A DNA stretch of 63,967 nucleotides, filler included, from Bigelowiella natans CCMP2755 (GCA_000320545.1; 4 parts of 4 records of this genome joined end to end with filler, not necessarily neighbours in it), one strand, 5' to 3'. Positions 1-20,109 are shown, numbered from the whole stretch's first letter. Made by a program: numbers and translations. Notes: generated by a model from the letters alone, not told the origin.

Positions 1-157
1 TACACATGATAGACACCGCTACTATCGTGTCTTCATTCTACTAAGCGTATGGAAATGCATGTACTGCGAATATGTAGAGATGACTATTATCAGCATATAC
101 GTTCACTAGTTATACTATGCTCACACCGCAAAAGCATATACATATTCTGCGACATTA

Positions 158-349
158 TCATCTAGCCATGCAGTGGGGGCGGGGGGCGCGACGTCTATCG
201 AGATATTGCGGCGTATAATCTAGCAATGAATCCACAGGTCTGAAGATTATTAGCCTCTCTATGACCTGTAAGATGTATACTAAGGCCGCAATTCGATCTA
301 ACGCGCGCTCATCAGCGACAGCCCACATCGTACCTTGTACCACACCAAA

Positions 350-394
<45 letters not shown>

Positions 395-432
395 GTATAT
401 ATTCCCTATGATGCTTCTCGTGCCTGGACGCG

Positions 433-464
<32 letters not shown>

Positions 465-715
465 GATGATGATGATGGTGATGATGGTGATGGTGCGCCG
501 TTGCTCACTTCTCAGGCATCTCATCCGGGAGAAGATCGAACAGAAGCGCTCTCCTGTATACATTGCATGTTGTGTGTTTCAAAAAAGTGGAAGGAACAAC
601 GGGTAGAGATGATGACGATGGAGATGGCGACTACGATGATGATGTGAGCATGCAGAGGCGTATACGATGTAATACCACTACAATCATGGGCATGGGCACT
701 ATCTAGCATCAATTA

Positions 716-762
<47 letters not shown>

Positions 763-1611
763 TCAATATGATACCGACCGAAGATCTCCTCCTTTGAGTT
801 GAGGATCGACAAGAAGGTCCATATCATCGGGGAACTTGGCCACAACAGCTTCAAATTCCTCGAGAAACGGGTTCGACTTCGCTTCCAAACTCAGCATTTC
901 AGCGCTGTCGGACGCGTAGGCGGTGAGCGGCGATTCCCCCTTCTTCTCCCTCTTCTTTTTATTTTTCTTCTTCTTTTTCTGCTTCGTCTTCATCGAGCTT
1001 GCGCTGGTTTTCTTCTGCCGCGGTGCGCCTACGGTGACGTGTTGCGACAAAGAATCGTTTCACGAATATCAAGACACCCCCCCTCCCCTCTGCATTCCAA
1101 TAGCGAAAGTGGCTAGGTTAAGAGAAACCATGCAGATTTTCTTCCCCTTCCTCCCAAACTGCCGTCCCGAGAAAATACTGACAATCTTTGGTAATTTGAA
1201 CCTGATGACTTGCCCCCCCTCGTGTTCTCTAGAATATCGAACACCGAGCCGGCTGCTCTTGGCTTTCCACCGGTCGAGGGTTTCCGCGCATCTGCATTGG
1301 ACGAGAGATGGGTGGGGGGGGTCGCTTCATGTGGAGGGGCAAAGCAAGCATTCATGTTTGCTCAGGATGCAGCAGTCAGCCGTACCCTTCCGACGCCGCT
1401 TCTCCGTGCTGGGAGGCGTACCCTCGCTGGATCTGATCAAACGAAGCAACAAAGCATGCAGCGCTCAGCCCCGGAGCCTCATGCTGCGGTAGACAAGCGT
1501 ACCTCCTTTTCTTCTTCTTCATCGATCTCTGCCCGCCCCCCCGTCAGGCGCCTCACAGCTTCGCTTGGATTATGCGACCAGCACCCGGCAGGAACAAATG
1601 ACCGGGATTCA
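158..1611 (-). CDS. Multi-exon hypothetical protein (Lys-rich segment followed by ...PFLEEFEAVVAKFPDDMDLLVDPQLKGGDLR-RALLFDLLPDEMPE); ends uncertain
   Basis: Protein-like exons at ~776-1030 and ~505-557 join in frame across GT-AG sites; further candidate exons lie to ~1610. No family recognised. Confidence 0.4.
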
Positions 1612-1852
1612 TCGACAACCAACGGGAACCACGGGGATTTCCATATTTATAAGAACTATAATCTATTATAGTGGTGCGACAAGACTTTATACGAGACGCA
1701 CTCCCAAATTCGATCGGAAACCCCCGTGGCTCGCAGTTGATTGGACTGGCTTGAGGGGTAGGGTGCAGTTGCGGTTGGCCAGAGATTTGAGCTTGGGAGT
1801 CTTTATTGCCCCGCCTATTTCGTCGAGGTGAATCCGTGTTAATCTCTGCAGG

Positions 1853-2712
1853 ATGTGGAAGGCGATCAGCTCGCTTCGAACCGCAAGGACGGGGGCGCTG
1901 AGGGCGCGCGCTTGGAGCGTGAGGCATCTCTCCTTCAACAAGGAGCGTCTCGAGTTCGACGTGACTTCTGATGAGTCTGAGCGACCAGAGATATTTGATG
2001 ACTGGGGATCGGATCTTGATGTAATGTTAGATACAAAAACAGTTCCATACACTGGCCAATGCAACGGTCGTTTCCATAAGAGATGGTGGGTGCGATTCGC
2101 AATTGTGATTATCAGGTGACAGCTGGGAGGATCGATAGGATTCGTCGGGAGCGCAAAGTGGATGAAACCGGCGCCGCGATGGGCAAGGGAAAGCGGAAGC
2201 GAGCGCAAGTTGTTGCCAAAATTCGCGAGGGTGACGGCGAAATCACAGTGAATGGAAAGCCGCATGTCGAGTACTTTCAGGACTGGGTAGTTCAAAAACT
2301 AGATGTACAATAGGGAATCGTAGAGAAGGATTTTCATGGGGGGGGGGGGGGGGGGGGAGGATAAAAGTATATATCGCTAACAGAGACGCAGATGCTGATA
2401 AATCTCTGCTGTTGTGTTCCTAGGGCCACCGCGCGCAACTGCTGGTGCCTTTTGAGGTGCTAAACCTGGAAGGCAAGTTCGACGTTGAGCTTGAAATTAA
2501 AGGCGGGGGCCCCACGGGCCAATCCGAAGCCGCCAAATTAGCTATAAGCAAGGTGCTTATCACGAATTTAATCTTGGAGGATAAGTTTTCGCTATCGCTG
2601 TATTGGGATCACAATCAACTTAAAAATTATCATCAGGCATTACAAAACTTCGAACCGAACCATCGTACGAAACTCAAACGCGAGTCAGTTTCACTATTTT
2701 TCGTTCACCACG

Positions 2713-2764
<52 letters not shown>

Positions 2765-3010
2765 GTGTATGTTTGTCTTCGTTTTTCCAAAAAAGTAATT
2801 GCGATGATGACAAAATCAAGCTGCTCACGGCATCATCATCATCATTGTCATCATCATCACCATCATTCCATCGTCATCAATATCTTCTCTCAGTATATTA
2901 TCTGTGCTACGTACACCAGATTTCTTCTTAGTACCGATGTTAGACGGGTGCAGCCAAAGAAATGGGGTAAAACCAAAGCAAGGAGGGCCTGGCAATGGGT
3001 CAAACGATGA
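1853..3010 (+). CDS. MRPS9: Mitochondrial ribosomal protein S9 (uS9m), 5 exons
   Basis: Exons ~1853-2020, 2116-2286, 2424-2552, 2637-2683, 2920-3010 give GKGKRKRAQV..GDGEITVNGK..YF, KGGGPTGQSEAAKLAISKAL, LLSTDVRRVQPKKWGKTKARRAWQWVKR. The N-terminus is R/S/A-rich like a transit peptide. Confidence 0.93.
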
Positions 3011-3199
3011 GAATATGCAAGCTACTACGCCATATTATACTACTACAATGTGTTCCGCTGACATTTGAGTGCACCGCAGTGCTCTGTCCTGCACTGTGCG
3101 TTAAAGTGTTCTATGTTCATCTACATACGCGCTCTTCGTGCTTCAAGCATTTCACCAATATCTGTGATCTAATAAGTGTGTACGTGCATCATGCACTAC

Positions 3200-3900
3200 G
3201 TACTCTAGACGAAGATGATTGAGTGCGTTATATGTCTAGCTCCAGAGCTGTACGCATCGCATCCCACATGTAGGCTGCATCGCACACGCGTACATGCGCA
3301 CGCGGCGGATTCGTTGCATCTGCTAGCAGCTAGTGCAATGAGCATGTGCGTTCGATCTGGCTCTATAGCTCCCAATGCTAGCTAGCATGCAGACTAGCCC
3401 ACATTGAGACAACATCGCACTACGATACATGTACGATGCATAGTAATCACAAACAATTGCTACGCAGCTAGACATGTACGTCTATAGATGTTTGACCTAG
3501 CCTAACTAGCTAGTGCAGCTAGTGGGCGCAATTTGCAGCATATGTGGCATGCATGCATGAAACTGTTGCATCATTTGTTGCGCGTCATCGATGATGTTGC
3601 TGCTAGCATGCACACAGCTAGCTAGCGTAGCTAGGTTGGTGCAAACATGACTCAGACTTTGAGTTACTAGCATTGCTAGCCATCGTCCATGCTCCAGCTA
3701 GCCAGTTCCATTTGACCGTGCTAGCGCAATCTAGCTAGCAATGTGCACATCAATGAAAAGCTAGAAAGCTGCGCACATGCTAGCATGTGTGCATGCACAT
3801 CTCTTTGCCATATGACTAGCTAGACAGCTCGTCTAAAGCTCTGCATGTTCAATTGATGCCGCCTAGCTAGCTAGCGAATCTGTAAATGTTTCAATTGCAT
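3200..3900. other. CTAG/CATG/TGCA-saturated intergenic island (type example)
   Basis: Dense gctagctagc, gcatgcatg and tgca words between convergent genes. Similar tracts at ~14550-15130, 19600-19725, 21200-22040, 29780-30490, 38480-39330, 42680-43030, 54500-54676, 55815-55960 and 59450-59790. Confidence 0.85.
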
Positions 3901-4251
3901 ACTGGAGACCTCTCAACCTCCGCACCTTTTTTTCCACTATCGCGCAAATTGTAATTCGGTGTTTTCTCAACATTTGCATTGACTAGTTGAGCTTGACGCT
4001 CAGCCACGACATGCGACAAGTACAGCATTGCGACAGATGCATCGCCGAACGCCAACACATGTATGCGAGCATGCTCCATATTTTTGATGTAATTACAAAG
4101 CACTTATGATCGAGTGAATTTTTGTACAGGCAATAACACATTGTGTTCTTTATTTCACGCCGAAACGCCTCTCGGCTGGACTCGGTCGGTACGTTTTCTC
4201 TTTCATTGAAGGTATTGACAGACTGATGACGACGTGGTGACGACATGACGA

Positions 4252-7050
4252 CTAAAATTTACAACTCTTGATCCTTCGCCTCTGTACGGGAGCGAAGATT
4301 GCGCGAGAGTCCTCTTCAGGTGAGAACTCCTCCTCGATGTCGAGTTCTTCCACCAAATCCGGCCAAGTATATTCGGCCATTATTTTACAAATGTAATTTG
4401 GCATCGTGTGGTTTAGTCGATTATCCAGTAGCTGGGTCAATGCACCCAGATACTTCTGATAGTGACAACCAGAGATATTCCACAACATTAAGGTGTTGTC
4501 ATGGGAAGCTGATGCCAGAGCAGTGCCGGAAGGAGAAAACGAGCAAGACTTAACTCCTTCTTTATGACCGCTCAAGGTTCCCAACCTCTTTCCATGAGGA
4601 AGACTCCAAAGAATCATTTCCCCATCGCAAGAAGTAGAGAGTAGAAGCATGGAGTCAGGACTGCACTCAACACTCCAAATATAAGACTTGTGGCCGGATA
4701 AACGGGCGAATTCTTCCCCTTCGGCGCTCCATATAATAATTTCTTTATCTTTCGATGCCGACACGATCCATTTTCCATTAGGCGAATAACTACAGAGATG
4801 GACCGGGCTATTATGCCCTTTCAGAATCATGGAAACTTTACCGGTTTCTCTTTCCCAGACACGAAGCGATTTGTCAGCCGAGCAAGATAGTATGGACATG
4901 TTACTCGGAGAGAAAACTGCTTTCCAGACACTGTCGGTGTGTCCGTCATAGCTGGTTACAAGCTTCCCGGTGTTTGTATCCCATTGCTTTACTGAGCCAT
5001 CTGTGGAAGAGGTGAGTATAGCTGAACCATCTTCAGAGAAAGAGAGGCTCTTCGCAGTGCCCTCATGCCCTTCCAAGACCACAATTCTCGAGCGGCCAAT
5101 AGTGGAAAGCAGGACGCATTCGTCGTCCATGTTGCATAGAATTTTTGTTCCATCAGGAGATACTGCGAAGTTTTGCAGCATACCTTCGCACTCAAGAAGC
5201 ATTGTTGACTTCTCCTTACCATCATTAACGCCCCAGACTTTGATTTCCTCATCGGAAGCAGAAATGATCAAAGGTTGATCTTTATCTTCCTCCTCATCAT
5301 CACTGCTGGAATCAGAGTAGTCAGAATCGGATACTGAACCCAGAAAATATGACTTTTTTGACGGCCTCGAAGTTGCTGGGATGAAAGCACAGTTTTGAAC
5401 CATGCCATCATGACCTTCAAAAGATGCCACTTGTTCCCCACTTGCAGCATGCCAGAGGCGTACGGTTCCATCTGCGGAGGATGAGACTAACAGCCTTCCA
5501 TCTTTAGAGAAAGAGCAAGAGTTGATTAGCGATTCATGTCCTTCGAGAACGTGGACGGGTTTCATTTTCAGCGCCTCAGGCGCTGGCTTGGCAATATCAT
5601 AACAGCAGTTTGACATAAATTTAACCTGAGAATAGAGAAATGACATTAAATAGTGCACTTTAAGTGGACGATCAATTAAATTGACTTCAGCACATTGGCC
5701 GAATCGAAAAACGATGAGTTTGATGGCAGCATAAAAGGAGAGACGGGCAGGGACCCACCTATGTAGATTGCGAGGGATTGATTGGTTGGTTTTTGCGGTA
5801 CAAGCTGAAGTTCAAAATGGCGTTTCCAGACAGAAGTTCGATTAATTCGAATCCCGCTTTTTTCTTCATCTAGGTTCGCGCACATCTAGGATTGGAATAG
5901 CACAAATTTTATGTCGTTACATATAATTGAATTTGTTTTAGCGCAGCTTCTCAAGAAAAGCTATTTCCACCTTTTCTGAAGTTCCTACCTCGTTCAAACT
6001 AAGAACGTCATGATTTGATGGTTGTCGCTCTAATCTATCGATGGGTATCTTCCAACTTTTGGTTGTACCAAAGAGGATCTTTTTGCATTTCTCTTTTTCA
6101 ACCCCAGCCACCAAACTTTTGCAGGCCCAGCTGAATAACAAAGTCTCAAAATTACCAGAAATACGGCCAGCTATGTCACAACGGGTAACGGGTAGGAATA
6201 CTTTTGGAGGGTACCAAAGGGTGTACCATATCTTCTAGAATATTTGGAGATGCATGTATTCAGGAAATTTTTTCATTACGTCTCATCAAAGCAATTACCT
6301 TTATTCCAAGAAGGGCTTTGCCTTTTTCACATTAGGGGATTCGAGTAGAAACGCGGATTTTTGAACGGGGTACTCTGAGCATACACCCTGGATTCCTAGA
6401 TTGAATAAAATTCGTAAAAATGAAATGTTTTCATTGTCTCTTCTGATAAAAGTACATGTGATTGAAAAGTTTTAGTCTTTTAGAAATACGAATGTGTTAA
6501 TTATCAACGACTAAAAACCATGTCCTGATTTGACACATAGCGCGCTTGTGCAGAGCGCTCGATGTCGCTCGATATAGCTACTGTTAATTCAACTGAGAGA
6601 CATTAATTAAACTTTGTCGTAGAATCATCATAGCAGACAACATTTAGCTCAGTTACTTAAATGTGAAAATCTCCTGTGTTTTGATTTAGATTCCAGGTTG
6701 TTGTCGGGAGCACTGTTACAAACGCTCATTTGTCATCCAAAAAGACCGTCAATACCGGATACTGGCTTAATTCCCTCGAAAATGGGTATCCCACAACCAG
6801 TCGCTGAGAAATAGCTAGTCCAACATCCTCTGGCAGACATGCAACAGGCTTTATAGGTTTCTGTGGATATAGTTGAAAGAAGAGCTACGACATTAATTCT
6901 TTTGTCAAATTATCGATTATAGTCTAAAATCCGATTGCAGAATATGACTTTTTGATCTTAATTGGGCTACTTCCATCGCTTCTCTCCTGTAAGAACTACG
7001 AACCCTACTCGTATAAGTTGACGTACCTCTCGCCTACCCCCTTCTTCCAT
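4252..7050 (-). CDS. WD40-repeat protein; large terminal exon ~4252-5626 plus several short upstream exons (5' end approximate)
   Basis: ORF 4252-5658 has repeated GH...S.S.D..V..W motifs (about 8 repeats). Upstream coding-like segments at 5676-5885, 5938-6141 and ~6760-7050. Confidence 0.8.
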
Positions 7051-7435
7051 CTCCCCAATCCGCACGCGCCTTGTCGCACAAACCTCTGAACGTTATCCCT
7101 GGGCACGAAAAGAAACTCGGAACGGAGAGAACTGCGGATCCTCGATCTACCGCTGTGAACTTGTTCAGGCCGGCAAGTGCGTTCCCGTCTTTCCCATTCT
7201 TTTTTCAATCGGAAGTTTAATTACAACGCTATTGTTCGCGCCAAACGAATGCCTTTGCAAAAAATATCGGAAAGGAGCGTGTCATAATTGCACGGTTTTA
7301 TTCTGAAACGCTTTTCGTCAGTGTTTGAACCCCATTTACATTTTCACGTTCATGATGTGCAGATGTGCATCTTCACGCCTCGGGTTCATCTACGCCCTTC
7401 CGCTCACCTCCCCTCTTTCCCCAGGTGCTTCTACG

Positions 7436-14504
<7,069 letters not shown>

Positions 14505-15234
14505 TGACAGCACGGCTGGTCACCTACAGCAAGAACGTGGGAGGCAGCGTCTGCACCTAGCTAGCTCCGTAGAATCGTAGGGCAGCTAGATGATGTTAGT
14601 AGCACTAAAGTTGTACAGCTAAGATGAATAGCATACAGTCAGGAGAAGGTGTCAGTGCAATCGAAATTTGTGCAGGCTCGCAGCGCATATTCGAGACAAG
14701 CTGTGATAATTCCTGTCTGTGCGTAGCTAGGTAGCATGCAGCATATGCTGTGCGCTGCAACATGCAGCAGTCGTCTAAACATCCAGAAGCCTATGCGTGC
14801 ATCGATGGCCCCATCTACTAGTCTAGCTTCCTGGCTTCACGATGTCTGCGAGAAATGTGCTAACGATTATATAACGTGCATAATAGACATAGTAATAGCA
14901 TATATAGTATACATAGTAATAGCATATATAGTATATATATGATATTACGTGTCTATTCTGTGCTAGCGTGCCTACACACGACGCATTGTTCTACGCGTGC
15001 ATGTAAAAATGAAACAGCTGCTTTCCGTGGCGGAGCCCGATCGGGGCATGCTAGCATGCAGCACGACGAGGTTTCAGTGTGCGGGCCAAGCTAGCTAGCA
15101 GTCTAGCAGTGTACGTGCGAGCATGCAGCTAAATCATGGCTATTATCAGATTTTTCAATTTTGTCCAACAAATGAAAGCCCGCTATAGTCCGTTGCTTCA
15201 TTCATTTGCTATGATGATTGTGACATTCGCAAGC

Positions 15235-16966
15235 TCACACGCAGCAGAGGTCAAACTTCATTTTCTGGAATATTACTTCCTCTACCGCAGTGTATTCATC
15301 AACATCGAAATCCTCTAAGTATTCCTCTACGTCTTCAATGTTCATTAGATCAGCCTCGTGCATTTTGTGCGACAGTAGGAGGCAATACTCGATGGGTTGT
15401 TCCGAGATCTCCATGTATTTCAAAGCAGCCTACAGAAGGAATAGCGGGGAGCATTGATGCGTATGCAAGATGGCAAAATTTGTATATAGTCAGAATTACC
15501 TCTATTGTCCTTTCATCTGAAAATTCAAGAATCTTTGCGATCCTCTCTGCCTCCTTTCTCGCTCTTGCACGCTCTTTGCTCTCTGCCGGAAGTGATGATC
15601 GTCGCCGTGTTTTGGAACCCGGTGTCATCTTAGGACTCTTCGTCGATTGTTTTCCTCTCGTATTCGCGGCAAGATTCACGACCCCCGACGCCGCCCCCCC
15701 CGCTGGGGACATCGCTCCTCCCTCCTTTTTCTTCCTCGACTCATCCTTTTTGGTATTTGGACCGTCGTTTTTGGCTTCATTCTCCTTCTCGGTCGAGGCA
15801 TTATTACAGGCTTTCTTCAGGTCCCTCCACACAGCTTCCATCCCCAGCGCGTCGCTGCAATCGATTCTCTTCGAGGGATCGAGATCAAGCATTCCGAGGA
15901 GAAGTGCGTGCAGAGGCTTGGAAGCATTCAGCTTTGCCCGGCGCTTCTTCACAGCGGCAATCGCTGCTTTATCGCGGTCGGTTTTGAGTGGTTTGTGCAA
16001 GGTCTCCATGAGCACAACCCCAGTCGACCAAACATCGCATTTATGATCGTAGCGACCTGTACCCCCTCCTTCCTCTCCCTCTCCTTGTTGGTAGTAGACT
16101 TCTGGAGCTATGTAGCAAGCCGTGCCTACACCGCCTGTGTGCGTCTTTCCGGTGACACCCTCGTCGCTTTTAACAAAGAACTTGGCCAGGCTAAAGTCGG
16201 CTAGAACTGCCTGGAATTTGGCGGTGAGGAGGACGTTGTCTGGTTTGATGTCACGGTGCATGATGCTATTTTTGTGGAGAAAGCTCACTGCTCGTAGAAG
16301 ACCACGACAGACACGCAGCCTTTGGCGTTTCTTTAAGTAACTAGAATTCACACAGTTGAACACATTTAGAATTAGGTATATCTACACTGTGTGCTTGTAT
16401 TACGAATAAAACCTATACATTCCGTACACGCGTATGACTAAGAGACATAACGCGTACGCAAAAGCGCGCGCGCGCTTTTTGATAGTTGAAGTGGGGCGAA
16501 ATAAGAAAAAGATGGGTTGAAGGAAGAACGTCCTTACCTCCCTTCGTTGGCGCTTTGTAGCGTGGCGTTGAGGCGGGGCATGACCATGCACAAGCTGAAG
16601 TCGAACTCCTCACCGCTAGTGAAGATCTCGTGCGCCTTGATGATGTTTGGATGACCTTTTCCCTCCCGCAGTTTTCCAATCCTAACTAGAGTGCTGATCT
16701 CTCTAAGCGCGCCGAGGTCAAGCGTCCCATCATCTGAAGAACGCTCAAAGGCCTTCAGTGCCCATTCGCGCCCATCATCATCGTAGACCTACAAATGCGA
16801 CACGAATTAATGACAATATTTTTTTCATGGTTGTTGCCGGACGTTTAATAGCGGCGAGATGATTGACCATTCGAACAGCACCGAAGCTCCCATCTCCAAG
16901 CTTTGTGGTTTGATGATACTTGGGAGGCTGTGAACCTCCCCATTCCTCCTCTTCTGGCGACGACAT
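15235..16966 (-). CDS. CDK-like Ser/Thr kinase with C-terminal cyclin-box-like domain; 4 exons
   Basis: Exons 16966-16868, 16788-~16538, 16340-15500, 15429-15235 give KLGDGSFGAV, WALK, LGALREISTL, HPNII, HRDIKPDN, DFSLA, YIAPE, DVWSTG, then YCLLLSHKMHE...EEVIFQKMKFDL. Confidence 0.88.
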
Positions 16967-17514
16967 CTTGATAACTGTTCAGACAATGTCAACGTCATGA
17001 GGGAGGGCGTTTATCCAGATGTGGCAATTACACACATGAGTTACTCCAAGATGCGGGGAGGGGAAACCTTTGTGAGTTTGCGGGAGAGACTATCTGTCGC
17101 GTGGGTTTGCCGAATTTTATTTATATATATTTTCCGAATTGATAAAGGGGATATTATCACTGCGACATGAAAGATGTAAGAACTAAATCTAAAAAGGCCA
17201 AAGGATGAAATTCCTTTGGATAGAGGAAAGCAGTCAAATATCGAGTCTCTGGTTGCTTTTTTGAGCCGAGAATATCTGAGAATACGTGCAGAGAATTTGT
17301 CGTGTCACAGTATTGGGAACGCAGGCCGAATCGAACAAAAGACATCGAAATATTCGGATTATTTATTAAGAAATTAGGCCGTTCCGAAATTTCTCGCTCA
17401 CCACGTGCCCCGTCCCCCTCCTGGCAAACTACTCGAAGCAACGCCATTGAAGATAAAAATATATTAGCTGGGATCAAATCGCCGGCAGCCCTGGCAGTCT
17501 AGTGGACTGGAAAG

Positions 17515-18172
17515 ATGGGCAGGAAAGGAAATAAGAAGCCCGTGGCGGACTTCGGCATGGAATCGTAAGGAGACTTTCGTGGAGGGGGAGGGAGCTCGAG
17601 GCTGGCACCCAATCGCCATCCATATATTTTGAGAGAGAAGCACCATGAATCTAAAAGAGAGAATCTGTTAACTAGCGAATCCTTGAGCACGCAATCACCC
17701 CAAGCGAATCCTCTCACAACCGCATCATTTTGTCCTAACAGCAGCCGGAAGAAAAAGGGCAAGAAGGGTGGCAGCAGCAACAGCAGAGATAACAACAACA
17801 ACAACTCAGGGCAACGAGGCGGGAGAGGTGGGAGGGGTGGAAGAGGTGGAAGAGGTGGAAGAGGCGGGAGAGGGGGGGGGAGAGGCGCTGGGCAAACATC
17901 AACCGATTCCAAAAGCAAAGGTTTTGGACCGCAAGGAGTCTCCGGAGTCGGCAAGAGAAAGCTCAGGAAGATGGGGTGGCGTTTATATATCACCCACTGA
18001 TTGACAATCGCACACCTTTATTCAACAATTCTTCTCACACCTCGATGACCTGCCAACATCTCCCTGCGTCATCGCCGTAAATCGCGAGCAGACTGAGAAG
18101 AGCCGTCCTCATAGCCCGTCGTCGAAGTAGATTTTACAGCGACTGACGTGCAGCGATGAGAACATAATAAAC

Positions 18173-18258
<86 letters not shown>

Positions 18259-19358
18259 ATACAGGGGCGTGGTTGCTGCTCGTGGGCCTCGCGAGGTGCA
18301 TGGATATGTCGTCAAGGAGGTATAACCTTCGCCGGCAAGCATTGTGTTGCTCTGCACTGGCTCCTCTTATCGTGCGGCGAGTCGTGACTTCCTACAAATC
18401 TATGTTGTCCATGTGTGTGTCGTAGTGGCAGCGACTCCCAAAGCAGATCCTGTCGGAATATTGCCAGAAACAGAAACGGTGCATGTTTTGTACACCGTGC
18501 CCCCCCCACCCCTCCCTTCTTCTCTCCTTCCTTTCTTTGTTTCTTGTCCCTCTCCTCTCGATGAACCCTCTCTTTCTTCCGAATTGCACCGCCTCTGCAC
18601 CCAGTATTTTTATCTATGCTCTTTACCCCCCCCCACCCCCCCCCTCCCTCTCGCCCCAAAAAACTAAATCTCTATTTTGGTTTCCTAGCGCTAGCAATTT
18701 TTGGAAAAATGAGGTGCTGATGGCGCACGCACCCGTATATATGACTCCGTTAGGCCGAAGCCCCAGTATCGTCGTTGCAAATGCGATGACAAGGTGCAAA
18801 CGTGAATTTTGCAAATTATTATCATCATCCACTTCATTGATTGCTATAAAGCATCTTTGTCATCATCATTATCATCATCATCATCATCATCCTCGTCGTC
18901 GGCACGATCATTGTTCAGGATAAATATCGGTCTCGGTGCGTGCTGCCTGACCAAAAGAGTAAAGACAAGGTCAGCTTTGCACCTCGCCGCCGGGTGCTGC
19001 GCTCTTTGTGCGCCGTGTCGTTTGTGTTAAGCTGTGGGATTCGCTGTAATGGCTGGCTGGAAGATGGTTTCTTTCCCTTCGGTCCCTCTTCCTCCTATCA
19101 ATGTAGTCTGTGTGTACTGCTGTGTTAGAACATCGAGAAAGCCCCCAGGCAGTCGAGAGATACACTGCAAGAGGCTGACCAGGTTGCTGTCTCCCCCTTC
19201 CCCCCATCATTGCGATTCAAACAACCATTATCACCACCCATCAACACGTCCCCCCCCCCTCTTGTCCTCTCGTCATACAGTACGCAGCACTGCTTATGCT
19301 GCATCATCTGGCCCCCTCTGTACCGCACCAACGGTAGATATCACATCGCAATGCTAAA

Positions 19359-19360
<2 letters not shown>
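17515..19360 (+). CDS. Hypothetical basic, RGG-repeat protein (possibly nucleolar/RNA-binding); 3' exons unresolved
   Basis: Exon 17515-17564 (MGRKGNKKPVADFGME) splices in frame to 17742-~17947 (RKKKGKK..(RGG)7..KGFGPQG); downstream short exon candidates are ambiguous. Confidence 0.45.
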
Positions 19361-19393
<33 letters not shown>

Positions 19394-19725
19394 GCACCCA
19401 TTCCTGACTAAAAATTTTATGTTTTTTCCGATCCCAAAAATTGTCCCATGTGTCATCATCCACAGCGTTGATCTTGGCAACGCACTAGCCGCGAGTCTGA
19501 TGCGATTTCCCAGAGGTCGTCATGTGTGTCATGTCGTTCAGTGTTGCCTTGTTGCCCATCACTGGATCTATGGGGATCATGGTTACTTCATTGAAACTTG
19601 GATATTGAAATCTGTGCACACATGATGCGATTGCACGCACAGCGTAGCTGCCAGTGCTAGAGTGGACACGACAAGCTAGCGAGGCAAACCACATGTGAGA
19701 TGTGTAGCTGATGCCACATGCCATT

Positions 19726-19825
19726 NNNNNNNNNNNNNNNNNNNNNNNNNNNNNNNNNNNNNNNNNNNNTTAATTAATTAANNNNNNNNNNNNNNNNNNN
19801 NNNNNNNNNNNNNNNNNNNNNNNNN
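19726..19825. other. Artificial contig spacer (N44-TTAATTAATTAA-N44)
   Basis: 100-bp N block with a six-frame stop linker, identical in design to the two other spacers. Confidence 0.97.
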
Positions 19826-19922
19826 CCCCCCCCCCCCCCCCTCTCTCATGTCTTCCAATCCATAAATTATACTTGACTGTACACGCACGTAAAAGACGAA
19901 AGATGCGCCTGCAATACGACAG

Positions 19923-20066
19923 GGTTTCACTGATAAGATGTCCGAGTTTATGGCCGCCAGCGACTGCATCGTTACCAAGGCTGGGCCGGGTGAGAAAGCG
20001 CTCTCTTCTCGTTGTGCTTTGCTTCGGCGACATATACAACCCCCCCCCTTGCCGTGCGAATGCAAA

Positions 20067-20109
<43 letters not shown>

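Noticed and set aside
158-712. Numerous ORFs with poly-YI, CV, ER, SL, HT, poly-S/H/D/M tracts here and throughout
   Set aside because: Translations of intronic microsatellites, not proteins.
14887-14934. 24-bp two-copy tandem repeat
   Set aside because: Low-complexity AT-rich slippage product with no evident function.
18300-18400. In-frame TAA in a candidate exon, raising the idea of stop-codon reassignment
   Set aside because: Long exons elsewhere contain no internal stops and genes end in TAA, TAG and TGA; the local model is simply unresolved.
19770-19781. Palindromic TTAATTAATTAA recurring three times
   Set aside because: Always centred in a 100-bp N block: an assembly linker with stops in six frames. 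Adjacency across it (e.g. RGG gene to MGD, BT1 to viral DNA) is meaningless.
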